In this document: in pieces, positions 8,862 to 19,303 of the stretch
Layout of the letters: each line of letters begins with the position of its first letter
Position numbering within the stretch: position 1 is the first letter of the stretch
DNA from: a virus
Lineage: Duplodnaviria > Caudoviricetes
Virus record (IMG/VR): IMGVR_UViG_3300044699_000015
Span: 1 to 55,557 of that record
Strand: one strand, 5' to 3'
Length of the DNA stretch: 55,557 bases
The notes under the pieces: model-generated
Database searches by the model: none
The model's input: the letters and a program-made list of their open reading frames with translations, nothing else
Told to the model about the DNA's origin: nothing
Program-made: the position numbers and the translations under genes

Positions 8862-9211
8862 CAATCATAAGTGAGTGAATGTGCTTGACGGGGTGTCGCC
8901 CTGACTGCCCTAATATCTCTGTGACTACGTGAGCGTAAGGACGTAACCTGTTGAATAACAATCCTTAAGCATTCTTTTCGCTGGCTAGACCGTCTCCACA
9001 CCACCCACCCGGCAGGGGGAAATCGTCGCCATTCGCGTTCTACGTGACTCCCACCTTTAAACAGAGTTCACTTCTAACTTTTCTGGAATGTGGTTCTTTG
9101 CTGTCTGACTGCCGATTACAGAGGACTTTACTGATTTACCACACTCTGGTAGGTTTCAGACAAAAAAATGCCTGTAATCGAGTTTTACGGGCATTGGCGG
9201 GGCAGTGGAGA

Positions 9212-9619
9212 CTACTGAATGGTCTTTATGTGACGGATGTAATCGTTCAGGATTTGACCGGAACGGGCAGGGTAATCGAGAATCATTTGTGGAAGTTCGG
9301 TGTCCCAAACATTCGATTTCCTGCAATAATCGCAGACAATCGCTGCGAATTTCTTGGTTATTCGGGTGAGTTTTTCCATCGCCTTTGATTCGGTTTCGGT
9401 AATCACCGATGTTTTAAATGTGCAGCGTGTGACTTCCACGATTCGACAGACCTTGGCCACGGAATCGAATATCCTTCGCTTTTCCACCATGAAATCAGCA
9501 CACCGATTGCAGCAAAGCATTTTCTTCCATGATTCAATTTGAAACTCAATTCCTTGCTCACTGTCGAAATCAAGCCATCCCGGCTTGTGGCAGAACTTAC
9601 AGGTGTAATCAATTCTCAT
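9212..9619 (-). CDS. Zn-binding hypothetical protein coupled to initiator gene
   Basis: CKFC, CNRC, CDYC; ATGA overlap. Confidence 0.65.
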   Translation of the reverse strand: MRIDYTCKFCHKPGWLDFDSEQGIEFQIESWKKMLCCNRCADFMVEKRRIFDSVAKVCRIVEVTRCTFKTSVITETESKAMEKLTRITKKFAAIVCDYCRKSNVWDTELPQMILDYPARSGQILNDYIRHIKTIQ

Positions 9620-10323
9620 ATTCTATCCAACTCCTTTTCTAACAATGATTTGGTTAATGGTTTACCGTTAAATTGTCCGTTCGTTACCGGCTTTTGGCTC
9701 GGTAAGTAACCGGCGGCTTTCCATGCGGCAATAGTGTGCGGCCAGCTTTTGATTGGCTTTCCGTTCACCGTCCATCCGTTTCCTTCGCACTTGTTCCAGA
9801 ACCAAACCGCGTCGGACTCGGGAAGTCCTGACTTGGCCACTGCCAGCTTTACCTCCTCAAGAGAGGGCTTTGTCTTAAGAGTCTTGGGAACAGAAGCAAC
9901 TACAGAAGCAGAGGCAGGCTGAATCGTGGTAACGCTTGTAACGTTACGTAACGCATGGTAACGTTCCCTGTGCTTTCGCACTCTCTCTCTTGTTTTTACT
10001 GCGATGGGATTGGAGGAAAGCCGGTCACGGAAAGCCAAGTAATTTAGCACGAGCCAACCTTCCTGTAGGGTTTCAATTCGCCTCCCGTCATTATCCGGTG
10101 TGCGTGACTGAGGGTCGGGTGATTCAAACTTCTTTAAGGCTTCTAGGCAGGCCGAGTTGGTAACTTTGGACTTAGCCGCTAGCCAGCCCACGGAACCCCT
10201 TACAAGTCCATCAGCGTTACATAACGCAAGTAACGTTACCCACACCTTGCAGGTTTCGGCATCCTCATCCCAGATTGAACTGTCAACAATGTCAGAAAAA
10301 AGTTTCGTATAGCCGTCAGACAT
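9616..10323 (-). CDS. phage replisome-organiser / replication-initiator-like protein
   Basis: YTKLFSDIVDSSIW...KVWVTLLAL...GWLVLNY...RERVRKHRER; C-terminal PSLEEV...FWNKCEGNGW.VNGKPIKSW. Confidence 0.75.
   Translation of the reverse strand: MSDGYTKLFSDIVDSSIWDEDAETCKVWVTLLALCNADGLVRGSVGWLAAKSKVTNSACLEALKKFESPDPQSRTPDNDGRRIETLQEGWLVLNYLAFRDRLSSNPIAVKTRERVRKHRERYHALRNVTSVTTIQPASASVVASVPKTLKTKPSLEEVKLAVAKSGLPESDAVWFWNKCEGNGWTVNGKPIKSWPHTIAAWKAAGYLPSQKPVTNGQFNGKPLTKSLLEKELDRI
9929..9963. repeat. iteron-like repeats
   Basis: GTAACG at 9929, 9938, 9948, 9958 (about one helical turn apart). Confidence 0.6.
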
Positions 10324-10331
10324 AAGTAGAA

Positions 10332-10430
10332 AAAATCTCACTCCCACTGCCAAAGGCGTGTGATGTCAGAGCGCGAAGGAACCGACCGCCATTAGCAGGG
10401 GAAGTGAAATTTTGATTTCCCGACATCACA
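10332..10430 (-). ncRNA. structured 5' leader (A-B-A'-B'), copy 2
   Basis: A 10430-10420 pairs A' 10369-10359 (11 bp); B 10413-10387 pairs B' 10358-10332 (25/27); B' holds GGGAG and ends in a U6 run. Confidence 0.75.
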
Positions 10431-10435
10431 AAAAG

Positions 10436-10464
10436 ACACTCTCAAAACACCCATGGGGTGTCAA
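10436..10464 (-). promoter_or_regulatory. sigma70-like promoter
   Basis: TTGACA-17-GAGTGT, 5 nt before element A. Confidence 0.5.
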
Positions 10465-10540
10465 CCCCAAACTGGAAACTAACCCCCATCCGTAATACTC
10501 CTGATTGCGCCTGAGTCTGGGGTGTGGTTAAATCGAACGT

Positions 10541-10918
10541 ATGAAACAAGCTCTCCAAAAACACCGTAAATCGTTCAAGAAATGGGCCATGCCGGGACAG
10601 CGGACACAAACCTTGGATGCTGAAAACATCAGCGAGCAGAAATCAGTGTCCAAGTATTTCGGAAGGAACTTTGAAAACGTCGGTAAGAACAATGGCGGTT
10701 TGAAACTTTCCATACCTGCCAGAAATCTAAGCACGATGTTCACACTTCGGAACATTCGCTGCTTTCAGACCCTTGTGGCCTTCGTGCAAAATCAATTCCT
10801 TCGATGGCATACAACCCGCAACAAAAAGAACCATCACGACGCGATAGGCATCGGCTTGGAATCGAAAACAAATCGCCACAAAAGAGATAACCAACGCGAC
10901 TCCAAAACCACCCTATAA
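10541..10918 (+). CDS. hypothetical basic protein
   Basis: 125-aa ORF filling the gap. Confidence 0.45.
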   Translation: MKQALQKHRKSFKKWAMPGQRTQTLDAENISEQKSVSKYFGRNFENVGKNNGGLKLSIPARNLSTMFTLRNIRCFQTLVAFVQNQFLRWHTTRNKKNHHDAIGIGLESKTNRHKRDNQRDSKTTL

Positions 10919-10936
10919 CCAACCATACTGGAAGTG

Positions 10937-11377
10937 ATGACCAAGGAAGAACAGCGGATTGCTTTAGCGGAATGGATGGGATATGTCTGGTATCGCGCCC
11001 CGCAAGATAGAAACTTCCCCGAAAAAAAGTATAGGTTTCTGGCTTTTCCACAGATTCAGGAATACGAAGGACAGATTGATGCTTGGAAGCAGCGTGCTGA
11101 TGGCACGGAGAAAATAATTGAAAGTGAGCATTGGAAAAAGGCCCAAGGCGTTGACTATGTTCCAAACTACCCCAACGACCTAAATGCCATACACGAGGCT
11201 GAAAAAAAGTTGACCATTGAGCAGTCGGCAAAGTATGAACAACTGTTGGACTGTGTGGTTCACGACTCGTTCCTTCGAGGTGAAACAAGCATCACTTCGT
11301 GCGATTGGCACGCCTCATCCGAACAACGCTCCGAAGCTCTATGTCGAATACTCTGGCCAGAAAGATTCAAGGAATGA
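10937..11377 (+). CDS. conserved hypothetical phage protein
   Basis: EQRIALAEWMG...VPNYPNDLNAIHEAEKKL...ASSEQRSEAL. Confidence 0.7.
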   Translation: MTKEEQRIALAEWMGYVWYRAPQDRNFPEKKYRFLAFPQIQEYEGQIDAWKQRADGTEKIIESEHWKKAQGVDYVPNYPNDLNAIHEAEKKLTIEQSAKYEQLLDCVVHDSFLRGETSITSCDWHASSEQRSEALCRILWPERFKE

Positions 11378-11574
11378 AATACCTCCCGCTCCTCCTATTA
11401 CTCTGCGGCTGCGAAACCCCCATGTCAGGACTTCAAACCGTAGTCACTGCCCCAATCCTGATAGGAGATGGATTGTTGGAAACCATCTCATCGCCCATAA
11501 GCCCTGATTGGACTAATGGCGTGGTGGCGAGTCCGAGGCAGTGGGAACATTTTAATGGAAAGGTGATGGAGTGA
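11374..11574 (+). CDS. small lipoprotein
   Basis: MKYLPLLLLLCGC lipobox-like. Confidence 0.6.
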   Translation: MKYLPLLLLLCGCETPMSGLQTVVTAPILIGDGLLETISSPISPDWTNGVVASPRQWEHFNGKVME

Positions 11575-11578
11575 AGTT

Positions 11579-11690
11579 TCCGGGGACTGCTAATTAGGCT
11601 GCCAAGATGGGGAATTGGATACCCCGCGCTCCGCCGTCACACGCATTAGCAATTTACCGACACCCCGGATTGCCGTAATGAATGGAGCGC
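11579..11690. ncRNA. candidate structured RNA with pseudoknot between convergent genes
   Basis: TCCGGGG/CCCCGGA, TGCTAAT/ATTAGCA, GGGG/CCCC nested; GCGCTCC(11626-11632)/GGAGCGC(11684-11690) crossing. Confidence 0.5.
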
Positions 11691-11695
11691 ATAAA

Positions 11696-13991
11696 TTATT
11701 CCGCAGTAGTCACCGGCTCCGGTTTATTTTCTTCCTCATGCTTGGCCTTAGTCGCATCACGATTTATTTCCGCAACTGTCTTTATATTATCCCTCGCCTG
11801 CTGTTGCACAAACGCTTCATTCTTGTGGTCAAGTTTCTGCTTGTCGGAAACTTGCTTGGAGGCGAGTTTTTGAATCTGTTGTGGTGGCAATGCATCTGGA
11901 TTTGGGTCTGGTTTAAATCCATTCGCAAGAATAATCTGGTCTTGGACATACTTGCTCAATTCAGAAAATTTGATTGCGATGGTTTCCTTGGGTTCTATTT
12001 GCGACTTCTCCGCATGTTGCTGCGCCAAAGCCTTAACCTCATTCATCAGTTTACCAAGAGCATCGCTAAACTGCTTGGCAATCGCCTTATTCGCCTCGTC
12101 CTGCGATAGTAATTGAATCAACCCGCCAATGTATTGACCGACATTGGCAAGGCCCGAAAGCTCACGCTGGTCGTTCACACCACCGGACTTCTGAAACTGT
12201 GCAATCTCGCCAGCCATCAAACCCTCCAAGGTTTGTATCTGGTCAATCGGGTTAAGCCCCTGTTTCATATTCACCGGCAAACCACGCATCAACAGCGGGA
12301 AAGCAAACTCGGCATCTCGGGTAGCATCCGATACGCCTTTAGCGCCTTCAATCGGGGCCAAATCCTCGGCTATTTTGGGATTTCCGGTAATCGCCGCGAC
12401 GTTCATGTGCAACACTTTTTGTTGCGCCACAGGGTCAAGGGCGGGGCCGCAATTGCATTAACTGTGTCGCCTGTGCCAGTTCCAAGGTTTGATTGCCTGA
12501 ACCTAACGGGAAATCCGGCGTAATTTCCCACAGTTCTACATCCAAGTAAGCCATCGGAATACCATACGCTTTGCACTTCTTTTGAAACAATCGAATATCC
12601 TTGTTCATCGTCTTGCGATTGCAGAAACGACGGGCAATTTCGGTATAGGCGTGTGTCTCGTATTTGTAAGCCGTCGCCAGCAAACCAGACATCAGCGCAT
12701 TGACCTGCTGCATGATGGTCATTACCTCGAATGCTGTGCGCTCTTTCTTGGTTCCATCATTGGTGTCCTGCGTGTAAGCCGCCGATGCTTCTCCAATTAA
12801 CTGTTTTGCTTGGCCCATTGCCATATCCACAAGATTGTAGTCAACCTCATGGCGTTCATCCTTTGGAACGATGCTTATTCCCGGAGGGATAAATCCCTTA
12901 TCGAACAATTCAATCTTCTGCGCTCTTGCCCTATCCGAAGGGTCTTGGGCACGAAATAACATGTTGAAATTCTCCCATACGTGCTGGAACAATCGGCAGC
13001 GCATCAGGTTTGTCCAATAGCACGGTTCGCACAACAGAAACCCAAGCCCTCTCACGGAATGATACATGAATGGCGCTTGCCCGTTTAAATCGCCAAACTG
13101 TATGTGAATAAGTTGGCCCAATTCCTCCGCGAAATCCTTGTCACCGGAGTCATAAAGGAAAACATTTCGGTCAATACCACGGATGCCATTCTGTGCGGGA
13201 ACCACCTTCAATTTCCACCGCGTTTCCCGTGGGTTTTCATCGTCCAGATAGTAGAAATGCCACAACTGCAACGACGGCACGGCGTCACTCATGTAGTAAC
13301 CCATGTCCTGCTTCCACAATTCCAAAATGCGCTCTGGTTCCGTTGACCAATCGTATTGGATATCCTGAAAGTTCAGGTCTTTGTATTCATCCAGACATTT
13401 AGCCACCAGTTTTGTGTCCCAACCGGGGTCTGGATTTTTTCCAAAGACTTTGCGAGCCAATTCCCAAGGCGTGTAGCGTTTGCGAATTCCGAACCACATG
13501 AGATTTGTCATCGCCGTTGTCGTATCGGTAGCTACCCGCAAATCCTCCAGCGCCACAAATTCAGGCAACCAATCGTTTTTATCCTGCCACATCTGCGGGC
13601 CAATGCCATGACGCACTACTGAGGCGAACTTGGAACGCATCAATTCGTAAAACGGCAGCGACTTCTGCAACGGTTTGTTGATAGCGCGAGTGATAAACAG
13701 TTCCCAATCGGTGCGCTTCTCGTTGGGAGCATCAGGAATGGCGACTTTGAAATAATAATTTTGTTTCAGGAAAGCATTGTGATATTGCTGCTCGGCCTGC
13801 TGTCCAATGGTTAGGCTTTCCAGCCAGTTCACATTGATACGCATTCCTATTTTCTTTGCCTCTGCGTCCGACATAGGAGGCATCCCATCAAACATTGAGT
13901 TTACCGTGTTGCGATTCTGCGAACGTATGCGCTCTATCTGGTCGGAGGCATCAATGACCGCATTAACTAGTTCTGGTGTGTCAAAGGTCAT
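11696..13991 (-). CDS. probable portal protein (single gene with 1-bp frameshift near 12443-12446)
   Basis: Large helical protein downstream of terminase; removing one C from CGGCCCCGCC fuses 12435-13991 with 11696-12430 (..LRPALDPVAQQ..); portal call is from size and position. Confidence 0.65.
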
Positions 13992-14374
13992 GGTTTAGCC
14001 TCAGTGTAAATCCAACAATCCGGTTTCAGGGTTTGGAATCTTTTCAAAGTTTCGTCATCGGTGTTGTCGGTTATGTGTTTTAAGGGCACATGGACTTTTA
14101 GAAAAAGCACGCAGCTACAGATACGGCACATTCCTAGTTCATCTTCACCGTCCGCGTGTATATCCATTCCTGTTTTTATTTCGATATGAGAACGGACAAC
14201 ATCGGCAGCAGCGGATTTTAATTTCTCCCACAGCTTTACTTTGGTGTTGTATGGACAATTGACACACACCTTGGCGCGAGATTCGGCAAGCTCCTGCGAA
14301 ACTGGTTTTCCACCCTCACCCAACCAATCATTTAGGATTTTATGGGCGGTTACAATTTCAGAGGCAATGCTCAT
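13988..14374 (-). CDS. Cys-rich hypothetical protein
   Basis: AESRAKVCVNCPYN...CRICSC.L.LKVHVP...DCW. Confidence 0.75.
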   Translation of the reverse strand: MSIASEIVTAHKILNDWLGEGGKPVSQELAESRAKVCVNCPYNTKVKLWEKLKSAAADVVRSHIEIKTGMDIHADGEDELGMCRICSCVLFLKVHVPLKHITDNTDDETLKRFQTLKPDCWIYTEAKP

Positions 14375-14689
14375 TAGTCAGCGAGCTTTCCACAGGTGGA
14401 GCAACCACCTTTTTTAGTTACCGATGATGGCGCAACATAAGGCGCGTCCGTGTCATAGCAATACTGCGGCATACAACCGAGGCGTTGACATGTGTAGCAA
14501 TCAATATCCTCAATCACTTGTTCTATCGTCGCACGGTCTAATCCATTTGCGAGACGGAAATCCAAAACAAACTTGGCCTGTTGCTCTATGCTGTAACCAG
14601 AGGCAGGAAAACTTGTGCCGGATGCCTTGGGTTTGTTCATAGACAAATTCACCTGCTGGAAAGGGGGCATATCTTAACAATCGGCACAT
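14374..14689 (-). CDS. Cys-rich hypothetical protein (probable 1-bp frameshift at 14608-14611)
   Basis: ATG 14689 just after terminase stop gives MCRLLRYAPFPAGEFVYEQTQGIRHKF, joining ..PASGYSIEQQ..GGCSTCG if one T is removed. Confidence 0.6.
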
Positions 14690-14690
14690 A

Positions 14691-16502
14691 TCAATCGTGG
14701 ACTAATAGCCGTGATTTGATGGCATTTTCAAATTCTTCCATCTCGGCTTGCATGAAGTTATCTGTTGAATCCTCGGATTTGTCAATAATTCCAATGCGGG
14801 TTATCTGGAAACCCAATCTTCTCGCCCCCTCGACCCCTATGGCAAATGTATCCATCAAATCTGGGCTTTTCTTGATTCGCTCCTTCATGTCCTCCTTTTT
14901 CTCTATCTCAATCTTGTTGCCAGCGACGATGGAATACATACGCATCTGGCCCTCTTGAGCGACTTCCTTGGGAAGATTGCGAACTTGTTCGGATTCGATG
15001 GCTTCTCGGGTTGAGAACCATAGTTCGGTCAAAAATTTTGAATAATGCTCCGAACACTTTTTCAATCTCTTTTCAATCATCCCGTATTCATTTTTAACTT
15101 CATGGAACAAATCGTGCCTTACAGGTCGGTCGGTCGGTTTTCCTCCTGCATTCACCGGAATTGGAGATTTATCTTTGAACACTTTTGAAAAAGCATGGCC
15201 GATTGTGCCGATTCCAAATGAGTCGTAAAAACAATTCTCCGATGGAATTCCCAACATATCCAATTTCTCTTTGGCGAATGCTGCAATTTGCTCCTCCGGT
15301 TCCATGCTCGAATTAAGTCTGATTGGAATTATTTCTGGCTCGCTACAATCAATCACGGTTTGTCCATAAGCGTCTTCACCGAACTGCAATTCCATACCCA
15401 CGCATCTATCGCCAGAGCCATAGGCTAAATCAATTGCGTAAAGTTTTGTGCGTTCAGTTCCTTTCCATACAACATCATCAAACGCCTTGTGTTTTTGGCA
15501 TAATGTCATCGTAATCACTCTCCAAGACACCATATTCTTAGAGGGCTTACCGATGCATTGAGAAAACCATTGCCACGAGTCTTTGCCGTGGGTGGAGGCG
15601 ACTGATTCGAGCAATTTATCCGATATTAGAAACGGATAACGGGTTCCCGGAAAATCTTTGTTGGGATTGTCTCTGCCATCAAAGGCGACGACGTGGGCAT
15701 TGTAAAACTTTGATTTCCATTCCTGAGTTTTTTCCGTGTCAACAAATGAATCCCATCCCGCGATAGGCTCTGCGGCTGTGCAAAGCGGTTCCGCGAGGTC
15801 GAGGGGATTGCCTCCCATGCAACCCTTGAAATTTTGATTCACCATCCAATTCGTATATGCGTCCAAAAAACTTGGCTGCATCAATGCGGCCTCATCTCCG
15901 TAGTGCGCCAACTTACCGTCTAATTTTCCGGGTGAGTTGGGAGGCTTAACACCCTGAAATTTTGACATGCCAACAAATCTTCCACCGCTGACGCAGGGCA
16001 CGCACACAATACCTTTATTTATAGTTCTTGCCATTTCATTGTCGTCATCAATATCGTCCGGTGTGATGGCCATTGCCGATTCTAGAACGTATCCGGGAAG
16101 CCAAGGGAACTTTGATTTAGCACGGTTGTATAATTCTTTAACCCGACCCCATACGCGCAATTCCAGTGACCGTTTATCGGTGGAGGAAATCAATGACAAA
16201 GAAGTGTGCGGGAAACAAAAAAAATCTATCAATGGCATGACTGCCATCAGAGTAGTTTTTCCAGAGCTTGCACTTCCAAGAAACACAGTTATTTGATTCT
16301 CAACCATTCTTCTGATTCCCAAAGTGAACCAACGATGCTGTTCGTCTTCTTGGAAAAGAAGTTTGTGAATCCTCAAATATGTATCTACGCGATTCGTTCC
16401 GAGTTTGGCCATTTGTGAATCTGATTGGCCCAACATCCACATTTCGATTTGAAGCTCATGCGTTCCCTCTGGCCATAGAAGCCCATATCTGTTAAGCGAC
16501 AT
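14691..16502 (-). CDS. terL: terminase large subunit
   Basis: Walker A GSASSGKT, Walker B GDEAA, GNP coupling motif, RNase H-like AIDLAYGSGDRCV, C-terminal KSPDLMD. Confidence 0.9.
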   Translation of the reverse strand: MSLNRYGLLWPEGTHELQIEMWMLGQSDSQMAKLGTNRVDTYLRIHKLLFQEDEQHRWFTLGIRRMVENQITVFLGSASSGKTTLMAVMPLIDFFCFPHTSLSLISSTDKRSLELRVWGRVKELYNRAKSKFPWLPGYVLESAMAITPDDIDDDNEMARTINKGIVCVPCVSGGRFVGMSKFQGVKPPNSPGKLDGKLAHYGDEAALMQPSFLDAYTNWMVNQNFKGCMGGNPLDLAEPLCTAAEPIAGWDSFVDTEKTQEWKSKFYNAHVVAFDGRDNPNKDFPGTRYPFLISDKLLESVASTHGKDSWQWFSQCIGKPSKNMVSWRVITMTLCQKHKAFDDVVWKGTERTKLYAIDLAYGSGDRCVGMELQFGEDAYGQTVIDCSEPEIIPIRLNSSMEPEEQIAAFAKEKLDMLGIPSENCFYDSFGIGTIGHAFSKVFKDKSPIPVNAGGKPTDRPVRHDLFHEVKNEYGMIEKRLKKCSEHYSKFLTELWFSTREAIESEQVRNLPKEVAQEGQMRMYSIVAGNKIEIEKKEDMKERIKKSPDLMDTFAIGVEGARRLGFQITRIGIIDKSEDSTDNFMQAEMEEFENAIKSRLLVHD

Positions 16503-17100
16503 TTTTCCACAGCTTTCTTTTCAAAATAAACCCAATCGCAGTTTTGGATACTCCGTATTCTCTGCCTAAAGTTTTCCAAGTCCACCCGCCTATTGCATAT
16601 TTCTGCCTTATTTCTCTCACCTGCCACTCGAACAGTCTTGAGTCTCCATTTCTCTCTCCTCTGGCGACACATTCAGGATGTAGTCTTGGGCCGCTCCTAT
16701 CTCCACGGGCTAATTTTTCTGGATTTGTTCTGGCATAATGGGCATCTCCCCTAATGGTAACTTTTCTTCCCTTTTTAATCATGTCCCTAATGTTATCAAG
16801 ACACGTTCCCAAGAATAAGTGAGAGGGATTTACGCATCCGGGGTTGTCGCAATGGTGACAAATAAAGTGACTCTCTGGAATAACTCCATTTTTTATCATC
16901 CAAACCAAACGGTTTGCGTTATAGGCTCCTTTTCTAACGTAAAACCTTCCATATCCAGAGCGTTTTCTGCCCAACCACTCCCAACAATCGCCATTTTTAT
17001 CAACAAGTGACCAAAATTTAGTCTCCTGTTCGGGAGTTAGTTTGACATATTGCCATTTGCTTGGGATGGTTTCAGAAGAACCGGACATCTTAGTTTTCAT
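16492..17100 (-). CDS. HNH (His-Cys box-like) homing endonuclease with C-terminal HTH
   Basis: CWEWLG...GYGRF...ICHHCDNPGCVNPSHLFLGT..DNIRDM..KGR. Confidence 0.9.
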   Translation of the reverse strand: MKTKMSGSSETIPSKWQYVKLTPEQETKFWSLVDKNGDCWEWLGRKRSGYGRFYVRKGAYNANRLVWMIKNGVIPESHFICHHCDNPGCVNPSHLFLGTCLDNIRDMIKKGRKVTIRGDAHYARTNPEKLARGDRSGPRLHPECVARGERNGDSRLFEWQVREIRQKYAIGGWTWKTLGREYGVSKTAIGFILKRKLWKNVA

Positions 17101-17184
17101 TCTTATGTTTGGTTTTAGCGGCTCGCGTGGCGTGATTACCATTCGAGCCGTGTTTATTTTGTCATTCCATCGTAAAATCACAAG

Positions 17185-18502
17185 TCATTTAACTAAAAAA
17201 TCCTGCGAATACCCAATATACCTGACGAGATTAGTCTTAACTCCCGTTGCCAATGTCTGAATGCCATAATACGTCGCCATGCTATCGGCAGCGCGAATGT
17301 ATTGGTTGGGAACATTCGTTGTCGCGGTTACAGAAGTTGTCCGGTTCACGGTGAAAGTGACATTCGTTCCCGTCTTGGTGAACTGCAAAAAGTATTGGCC
17401 GTCGTTAGTGAGTCCCACAGTGGTATCCACAACGGTCTGATTCGTTGCATTGCAAACGACCCCCTTCCATGTTGAATCATTGGCCGCTGTGGAATATCGG
17501 AAAAAGACCATGTTCGTATTGATGTTATCCGCTCCCATGCTCGTTGCCAAAGCTGCCGCTGTGAAACCAAAGTTAATTCTGACATCGTTTGTGTTTCGGA
17601 CAGTGATAAATGTCTGCGCCGTCCAAGTTGAGTTGGAATATGGGGCCAAGGCATTGAAAGTCTGAGAGCCTAAAAACTCAATCGCGTTTGCCGTCGAAGC
17701 TGTTCGCATATCAATCCAAAGGCCAATCGGTGACAATGTTCTATGTGAAACCAAGGCCGCACCCGTGCCACCGGAATTGGCAAAGCTGAGAGTGTCGCCA
17801 ACGCCATTGAATGCCGCCGTGCCAGCATCGGCCACATCCGAGGAAACTGTTCTGGAAGTCACGAGAGAGTTTGTCTGCGCTTGCAGTAAGTCGGTTATGC
17901 TACTTCCTCCACCGCCTCCCGATGCCGCAATCTGAATGTTGGTTCCACCTTGGTCTGTTAATGTGACATTTGCTCCCGCGCTTAAAGATTTGAGTGAAAC
18001 AATTGGCTGGTTAGAAGTCGAGATAAGCGAAACCGAAGATGCTAAAGTGCTGCTGTTGGTAACATTGTTGATAAGCCCCCCCCGAAACAGTGGTTGCTAT
18101 ATCTGCGTTGGTGGCATGAGCCGCTTCATTTACCGCAACATTCCCCAAAGCCGATACGATGTCCACCGCATTGCTTTTCAATGGTGTATAAAGCAGCGTG
18201 AAAGTGATGATTGGCGTGGTTGTGGGAGTGGCTACATTAACCGTGAATAAAGGAGAGGCATTTCCAGACGATACGCTGGTGACGGTTCCAGAGCCGCCAC
18301 CGCCTCCCGTGGCGTTGATTTTGAAACCGCCGTTGAACCTAGAAAATGTGACGTTTGTGCCAGCGTATAGATTTGTTATCCCGAGATATGGTTGAGCCGA
18401 TGCAAGATTTGGCTTCTGAATCAATCCCAATCCCCAAGGTGTCCATTGTGCGAATGATGAAAATGTTGTTAGGAATAAAAGGGCGGCGATTATCTTTTTC
18501 AC
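17185..18502 (-). CDS. signal-peptide-bearing T/N/G-rich fibre/adhesin-like protein (frameshift in G8 tract 18076-18083)
   Basis: MKKIIAALLFLTTFSSFA|QW signal; GGGGSGTVTSV motif; removing one G fuses 18011-18520 with 17185-17862. Confidence 0.65.
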
Positions 18503-18513
18503 GATTACTGCTT

Positions 18514-19196
18514 TTACCACCTTCTAACTGGAGTGCAAAGGGATTTCTCGATTGACCATCCATTAACCAATCTATCTTGGAGCGTTCTGTAATTTATCCC
18601 AATCTCCAAAGACCATAGCATCATACTCTGGCGCTTTCCGTTAAATTCTATAATCCTATTATTTCTTCTATTGTTTTGCTGCTGTTCGGGGGTTGCCCAA
18701 ATACAATTTGAGGGTTCGTAATTTCCATTAACATTTTTACGCTCAATGCTATGTGTTTTGGATGGCCTAAGTCCCATATCGGATAAAAAACAATCGAATG
18801 AATTTAGCCAACGCTCGCAGATTGAAATTCCCCGACCTCCATAATCTTTGTAATCTGAACATTTTGTGTTTAAACATCGCTGCTTTAATCTGCTCCAAGT
18901 ATCATATTCTGGCATTATATTTCCCTTTTAGCATAACCATGAACATAGTTTCTTTTAGAGGTTGTTTCTGAACTTAAACAACCGCACGAGTTGGTTCGTT
19001 TTCCTATATCGTGCCCTGTGACAGTTGTTGTATTTCCACAATCGCATTTACAAAACCAAAGCGACCTCCAATGTTTACTTCCGGCGTGATATAAGACGGT
19101 TAATTTCCCATATCTCTTTCCTGTTCGGTCAATAAATCCATTGCCGCGCTTGACTGTTGTAAGGGAATTATGAGAGGGTTTGTTTAGGTCATTCAT
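18514..19196 (-). CDS. HNH-like endonuclease (two ORFs joined by TAATG or a 1-bp deletion near 18923)
   Basis: TGKRYGKLTV...WFCKCDCG...SCGC..HG, then YDTWSRLKQRC..YGGRGI.IC.RW...SIERKNVNGNYEPSNCIWAT. Confidence 0.8.
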
Positions 19197-19303
19197 ATTT
19201 ACGTATGGTGATTTAGCTTGGCGTTGGTTGTTCAATGCTTCCAACGTCAGGCGTCATTCTGCTTGACATGTAGGCATAAGCAAGCCGAAAGTCAGTCAAA
19301 TTT

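Noticed and set aside
11579-11690. HDV-like/theta or twister ribozyme
   Set aside because: Order of helices is superficially similar, but the L3/P1.1 motif and catalytic C context could not be matched on either strand.
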